Positions 35,318 through 39,633 of a stretch of DNA of 39,633 nucleotides are shown in pieces. The DNA is from Candidatus Poseidoniaceae archaeon. Lineage in GTDB: Archaea; Thermoplasmatota; Poseidoniia; Poseidoniales; Poseidoniaceae. Positions within the stretch are counted from its first letter, which is position 1, and the number at the start of each line of letters is the position of its first letter. Where the stretch lies: positions 1-39,633 of the forward strand of contig JASLVU010000001.1 of assembly GCA_030741225.1 (NCBI GenBank), read 5' to 3'. The position numbers and the translations under genes are program-made. The notes beneath the pieces were generated by a model. That model was not told where the DNA came from. It saw only the letters and a program-made list of their open reading frames with translations, and searched no databases.

Positions 35318-35443
35318 TTATTTTCGGTGATGGATAAACACGTTGCCGCAAACCTTGCACCAAATTTTGAGGCCGTCTTTGCGAGGTGTTGCTCCAGCAA
35401 CATCGATTTCAACGCCGCATGGACAAGTCGCCGAGTTCTCCAT
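35318..35443 (-). CDS. Possible small zinc-ribbon protein (41 aa)
   Basis: MENSATCPCGVEIDVAGATPRKDGLKIWCKVCGNVFIHHRK has a CxC...CxxC arrangement. It lies 38 nt downstream of trm5 on the same strand. The longer track ORF (to 35503) would overlap trm5. Confidence 0.3.
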   Translation of the reverse strand: MENSATCPCGVEIDVAGATPRKDGLKIWCKVCGNVFIHHRK

Positions 35444-35481
35444 GTTCAAGCCGATAAGGTCCCGCTTGATGAACTCAACGC

Positions 35482-36612
35482 TTAGGATGAAAGAAACATC
35501 CATGCTTCAAAACATACGAAAACCTTGGTCATAGAAAAACCCTTGACTTCATCAACAGCCAACTGCTCTACAACACCTCCAGCTGCAAGAACTGCTTCGC
35601 TAATTGAACTTTCAATATCTGATATCGCAGTACGTTCGGCAATCGCCCAACCGCGCAAAACAGTCGTATGTCCACGACTCATCAAAGGTAAAAGGGCGGG
35701 TATATGTTCTATGCTTTGGTGTGGAAGGTTTACCAGCAGCAGGTCGACTACGCCTTGATTTTTGGCATCAAGCGGCCAACTTTTCGCGTCACAACATGAA
35801 ATTTCACTCGGCTCTAAGGGTTCAGCAACATTGCCCTCGGAATCTTTTCGCCGTGAAGTAAAGTATTCAATATTCAATTCAAGTAATTCCACTGCGTCAG
35901 GGTTAAGGTCGCCTGCTAAATAGCCTGAAAGAAGGTCCGGTTCCTTTAGCAGAGAGGCCATACTCGGGCCGACACCTGCGTAAGGGTCTGCGACAACCAG
36001 CCCCCTTCCAAGTTTGTTCCGTAACTTCTTCGATGAATGAAGAGTTGCCATTCTTTGATTCGAGAGGCGGGCTGAGAAGTAAACCTTGGAAGGGTCAACC
36101 CACAAAAAATACCCGTTTTCTCGAACCCTTGTCCGAGGCGACACGGTTCCATCTCGACTTGCGAGAGGTATGAGTTCTCGAATACGAAATTCTCCCTTCA
36201 CTCCCGAATAAAAGGGAGTTCCGCAGACAAGTCTGACGTGAGGGAATTGTGTAAGCATTGCATCAGCCATCATCTCACCATACTCCCAGATTGATTCACC
36301 AAGTTTCACAATCAGAACATCGCCTTGAATTTCAAATGAACGTGGTAATTCCTCGCTATGCTCAGCAACAAAGTCTTCATCAAGATGGTCGAGCCAATTT
36401 TCAGATTTAGGGCGGACGTTAGCGGGAATATCGACATGGGGGTGCCCGTCCCAAATCGGGTCACCCTCACGAGGCGCCAACTCATTGAGAGGAATGGCAT
36501 TTGTACCATCTTCTAAATTCGTGACGCCGGCAGTGATTGAATTCCATTGCTTTGTGCGGCATAACTCGAGCCAATGTTGGGTTTGTGCCCTCGGCACACT
36601 CAAATGACGCAT
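35482..36612 (-). CDS. trm5: tRNA (guanine37-N1)-methyltransferase Trm5 (Met-10+ family)
   Basis: Trm5/Met-10 blocks are present: FEIQGDVLIVKL, WVDPSKVYFSARLSNQR, VVADPYAGVGP and LLVNLPHQS. The track ORF extends to 36909, but residues upstream of M100 (ATG at 36612) are antisense to dph5 and low in complexity. Confidence 0.75.
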   Translation of the reverse strand: MRHLSVPRAQTQHWLELCRTKQWNSITAGVTNLEDGTNAIPLNELAPREGDPIWDGHPHVDIPANVRPKSENWLDHLDEDFVAEHSEELPRSFEIQGDVLIVKLGESIWEYGEMMADAMLTQFPHVRLVCGTPFYSGVKGEFRIRELIPLASRDGTVSPRTRVRENGYFLWVDPSKVYFSARLSNQRMATLHSSKKLRNKLGRGLVVADPYAGVGPSMASLLKEPDLLSGYLAGDLNPDAVELLELNIEYFTSRRKDSEGNVAEPLEPSEISCCDAKSWPLDAKNQGVVDLLLVNLPHQSIEHIPALLPLMSRGHTTVLRGWAIAERTAISDIESSISEAVLAAGGVVEQLAVDEVKGFSMTKVFVCFEAWMFLSS

Positions 36613-36649
36613 GACACTCGCTCCATCCAAGCGCGTTGGAGGTTTGAGC

Positions 36650-37540
36650 ATGGCGGAAGATTCCTTTGTACTCCAAAACATTCCCAAAACAGGGCTTTTG
36701 CTCATCGGAATCGGGCCAGGTTCTGTCGGAGGCATGAGTCTTGAAGCGATTGAAGCTGCCAAAATGGCAGACCATCGAAGATATGAAGCGTATACCGCGC
36801 TTTGGCCGAGTGAAGAATTGGAACTTTTGGAAAATACAATCGGGCCTATCGAGCGCGTCATGCGTCCAGAAGTCGAGCAACCTGACGAAATCTTCGCTTT
36901 AGCACGCAACTCGCTGGTTGCTCTTTTGGTTGTAGGGGATCCGTTACAAGCGACAACTCATGTCGACCTTCAATTGCAAGCTCTGGAACACAACATCGAA
37001 TGTAAGGTGTTTCATGGCGTCTCTATAACCACAATTGTCACCGGCGCAGTCGGGTTGTCGAATTACCGATTTGGTCGACAAACAACCGTCACCTACCCTT
37101 ACGGTGGTTGGATTGCAACCTCGCCACTCGAAGTGATTGCAGTGAATAGATTCCGTGAATTGCACACTCTTGTTCTTCTTGACCTCGACCCTACTGGGCA
37201 AGGTACTGGAGACCAAAAGCCAATGAAACCGAGCGATGCGAAGCGTTCAATTGAATTGATGTGGGATAAACTTGGTGAACATTTGAAACAATTTGCTGAG
37301 CCTACAGAATCTCCGCTCATCGCTTCACAGGAGTTTGCATTCAAGGCATTCTTAGAGGGTGAAAAAGACAACTTACCCATCGTACTTTGCTCAGACATGG
37401 GTACACGAGAACAAGAAATCATTTTTACGAACCTTGGGGGACTTGGAGATTTAGAAGGTGGCCGGTTAAACTGCCTCATCATACCAGCATCAACCAGTGA
37501 AGTTGAAGACAAAGCCCTTCTTCGTTGGAAACAGGAGTGA
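36650..37540 (+). CDS. dph5: Diphthine synthase
   Basis: Tetrapyrrole-methylase-fold blocks are present: LLLIGIGPG, RYEAYTALW, VALLVVGDPLQATTHVDLQLQA and KVFHGVSI. The start is taken at the ATG at 36650 (MAEDSF), with an alternative ATG at 36611. Confidence 0.85.
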   Translation: MAEDSFVLQNIPKTGLLLIGIGPGSVGGMSLEAIEAAKMADHRRYEAYTALWPSEELELLENTIGPIERVMRPEVEQPDEIFALARNSLVALLVVGDPLQATTHVDLQLQALEHNIECKVFHGVSITTIVTGAVGLSNYRFGRQTTVTYPYGGWIATSPLEVIAVNRFRELHTLVLLDLDPTGQGTGDQKPMKPSDAKRSIELMWDKLGEHLKQFAEPTESPLIASQEFAFKAFLEGEKDNLPIVLCSDMGTREQEIIFTNLGGLGDLEGGRLNCLIIPASTSEVEDKALLRWKQE

Positions 37541-37546
37541 GGAGTA

Positions 37547-39633
37547 ATGGCAGAAAATATTCTTCTTTTGGCCTCATTCTTGCTGTTTATGTTTTTCTTT
37601 GCAGGGGTTGGTCTTGCATCAATGCGTGTGAAAGAAGACACTACCGATGACTATCTTGTTGCCGGAAGAGGAATGCATCCGGCTCTAGCAGCATTGTCGG
37701 CCGTTAGCACATGGAACTCAGGATACATGTTCATCGGATTTATCGGGTTTATTTTCCTCAACGGATATTCTGCCATTTGGATCGCTGCCGTCTCCACCAT
37801 AGGCCAGTTAGTGGCATGGATTTGGCTTTACAAATACATACAAAAACAAGGTGAAGAGCGGGGCATTCGCTCTTTGTCATCTCTTGTTTCAAACACAACC
37901 GGTTCTCCAGAAGCAAAAACTGCTGCTGTTCTTTCGGTTCTTTTCTTATCGATTTATGCCGCTGCGCAGTTGACTGCAGGAGGGGTCGCGCTTGAAGTCA
38001 TGCTCAACTGGTCGCCGACAATCGGGATTCTCATCGGCTTTGTTTTGGTCGTTGCTTACTGCTATGCCGGTGGAATTCGAGCCTCAATATGGACTGATGC
38101 TGCACAATCTTGTGTCATGATTGTTGGCTCCCTCATCCTGTGTTTTGTTGCGATTAAGGGCTCTGGCGGATTTTCAGGCCTCCATAACGAATTGGAAATT
38201 ATCGACCCTGGAATGGTCAACCTTTTCCCCTCAGGATTAATGTTTGGAGCAACCCTTTGGATTGCTGCGTTTTTCCTTGGGGGTTTAGGTGTTGCTGGAC
38301 AACCGCAAGTGGTGTCGCGAGTGATGACTCTGAAAGATGATAAAGCCAGAAAAGAAGCGATGGTTTGGTTTTTCGTCTGGCAAACTCCATTCATCGCAAT
38401 CATGTTCCTCATTGGCCTTGCCTGTAGAGTTTTGCTGCCCGAACTGGGCGCATCTGGCGCAGAAACTGGATTGCCGAAACTCGCTATGGAACAGTTGAAT
38501 CCCTTCCTTGGAGGATTAATTCTAGCATCTATTTTTGCTGCGACCATGTCGACTGCTGACAGTCAAGTTCTTGCTTGCACAGCCGCGATTACCGATGATG
38601 TCAAACCCGAATGGAGTCAAGACCACAAGACTACGAAGAAAGTCACCTTGGTTGTTGCTGCATTTGCTACAGCCATCTCTCTTGTCGGACAGCAATTTCC
38701 CGGTTTCGGTGATTCGGTTTTCGCATTGGTTGTTCTTGCTGTGTACGGCCTAGGGGCAATTTTTGTCCCTCTCCTGTTGGTGAGAATGACTGGGTATGAG
38801 CCCGATTCCACACACACGATTGCAATGATGATTGCGGCTATGAGTGGCGTTATGATTTGGACGATTCTCGGCTTCGGCGATGAGGTGTTTCCGTCCGTTC
38901 CAGGAATGGGCGCTGCATTTGCAACACACTTTGCATTCTGCCAGTTCCGAGACGAATCGCCTGACAATCCATTTGGTAGATTTGCAGTTCCCAAAGGTAG
39001 GCCAATGGGGATTGGGGTTGCAGTTGTTCTTCTTCTTGCTGCAACAGTTGAAGGTTCGTACTTCGCTTTCGCCCCAGACGAATCCGATGGCCCAGGGGTG
39101 CAGGGGAGTTACAACGTAACGGCTAATTTCCGCACATTAACGCTGGACAACGGTGGCGAGTACATTGCTGATGGAGAAACATTTTCTCTCAACCTCACAA
39201 CGGATTCTTTGAACGACGATTCCTTAAACATCGTTGGTGCAAAAATTTCCATGTCGTATTCAGAGGATGAGACCAGCGCCGGTTTAGGCTGTATTGTAAG
39301 CGGAGGGGCGGCTGAACCCGATACCATTACAGGCACGTTGATCCATAACGAATTCAACGGTTCAGAAAGTGGTCAAAATCAGGAAGGGGTGCCGTCTTCG
39401 CATGAAACGCTTGTTGAATGGTACAATGCTTCCATGATTGGTGATGTTTCAAATGTTACACGAGACGATATTGTTGCTGGTTTGAATTCAAACGGCGCTG
39501 GTTTAGGCCAGTATTCCATTGACTTATCCGTAGATGTAAGTATGGGTGGAGGAGAACTATGCACGCACACGGATGATGGTGAAAACGTTGATTACACCAT
39601 TGAAGTCATTATCCTTGACTACACGATTACTGA
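37547..39633 (+). CDS. Sodium:solute symporter (SSS) family permease fused to an extra TM and a sequon-rich C-terminal ectodomain; 3-prime end cut by the window
   Basis: Absent from the ORF track because it has no stop in the window. Hand translation from the ATG at 37547 stays open to 39633 (at least 695 aa). SSS hallmarks include YLVAGRGM, YCYAGGIRASIWTDAAQS, LGGLGVAGQPQVVSRVM and FAATMSTADSQVLA. An additional TM (GIGVAVVLLLAATVEGSYFAF, 39005-39067) is followed by a non-membrane domain with five N-x-S/T sequons. Confidence 0.75.
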   Translation, partial: MAENILLLASFLLFMFFFAGVGLASMRVKEDTTDDYLVAGRGMHPALAALSAVSTWNSGYMFIGFIGFIFLNGYSAIWIAAVSTIGQLVAWIWLYKYIQKQGEERGIRSLSSLVSNTTGSPEAKTAAVLSVLFLSIYAAAQLTAGGVALEVMLNWSPTIGILIGFVLVVAYCYAGGIRASIWTDAAQSCVMIVGSLILCFVAIKGSGGFSGLHNELEIIDPGMVNLFPSGLMFGATLWIAAFFLGGLGVAGQPQVVSRVMTLKDDKARKEAMVWFFVWQTPFIAIMFLIGLACRVLLPELGASGAETGLPKLAMEQLNPFLGGLILASIFAATMSTADSQVLACTAAITDDVKPEWSQDHKTTKKVTLVVAAFATAISLVGQQFPGFGDSVFALVVLAVYGLGAIFVPLLLVRMTGYEPDSTHTIAMMIAAMSGVMIWTILGFGDEVFPSVPGMGAAFATHFAFCQFRDESPDNPFGRFAVPKGRPMGIGVAVVLLLAATVEGSYFAFAPDESDGPGVQGSYNVTANFRTLTLDNGGEYIADGETFSLNLTTDSLNDDSLNIVGAKISMSYSEDETSAGLGCIVSGGAAEPDTITGTLIHNEFNGSESGQNQEGVPSSHETLVEWYNASMIGDVSNVTRDDIVAGLNSNGAGLGQYSIDLSVDVSMGGGELCTHTDDGENVDYTIEVIILDYTIT

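Noticed and set aside
36613-36909. The first 99 residues of track ORF 35482..36909 (MRAKAKISSGCSTSGR...)
   Set aside because: The region is antisense to the well-supported dph5 coding sequence and is Ser/Pro/Ala-rich with low complexity. Trm5 homology starts only after the ATG at 36612.
37099-38547. Minus-strand ORFs 37099..37641 (180 aa) and 38062..38547 (161 aa)
   Set aside because: They are antisense to dph5 and to the SSS permease respectively. Their translations are Pro/Ser/Arg-rich shadow frames.
1-39633. Scan for CRISPR arrays, rRNA/tRNA genes, IS elements, integrases, reverse transcriptases and long direct or inverted DNA repeats
   Set aside because: None were seen by eye. Intergenic spacers are all under 200 bp, and the only DNA-level repetition found is the short coding repeat at 14643-14765. 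This was a visual scan, not a computational search.

Overview
This is a densely coded, moderate-GC archaeal chromosome segment with almost no non-coding DNA; the longest spacer is about 190 bp. Archaeal identity rests on the DNA polymerase D large subunit (DP2), the rps13-rps4-rps11-rpoD block, diphthine synthase and Trm5. These sit alongside bacterial-type metabolic genes (ATP-dependent PEPCK, class II fumarase, a FabH-like KAS III, an SSS permease) and very large, acidic, N-glycosylation-sequon-rich surface proteins. That mix fits a marine planktonic Thermoplasmatota-like lineage such as Marine Group II/Poseidoniales, but this taxonomic call is inference only. I support 34 protein-coding genes. 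Two are absent from the supplied ORF track because they run off the window edges: 1..2335 on the minus strand and 37547..39633 on the plus strand. I confirmed both by hand translation. The track uses the longest ATG/GTG/TTG start, so several starts are trimmed here to the first conserved ATG. By eye I found no rRNA, tRNA, CRISPR array, transposase, integrase or prophage-like block. The best candidate for an undescribed system is a translationally coupled four-gene cassette at 31940-35298: a His-rich small membrane protein, a FabH-like condensing enzyme, a heme-oxygenase-like di-iron protein and an unknown protein. The second candidate is a tightly packed cassette at 15505-17149: an SPFH protein, a 2-TM miniprotein, an Arc-type RHH protein and another 2-TM miniprotein. 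The third is a set of unusual modular surface proteins: LDL-receptor-A-like modules at 6299-6493, and a PPC/CARDB/TSP3 giant at 19289-23053 placed directly after rpoD. All family assignments come from motif recognition by eye; no database search was run.
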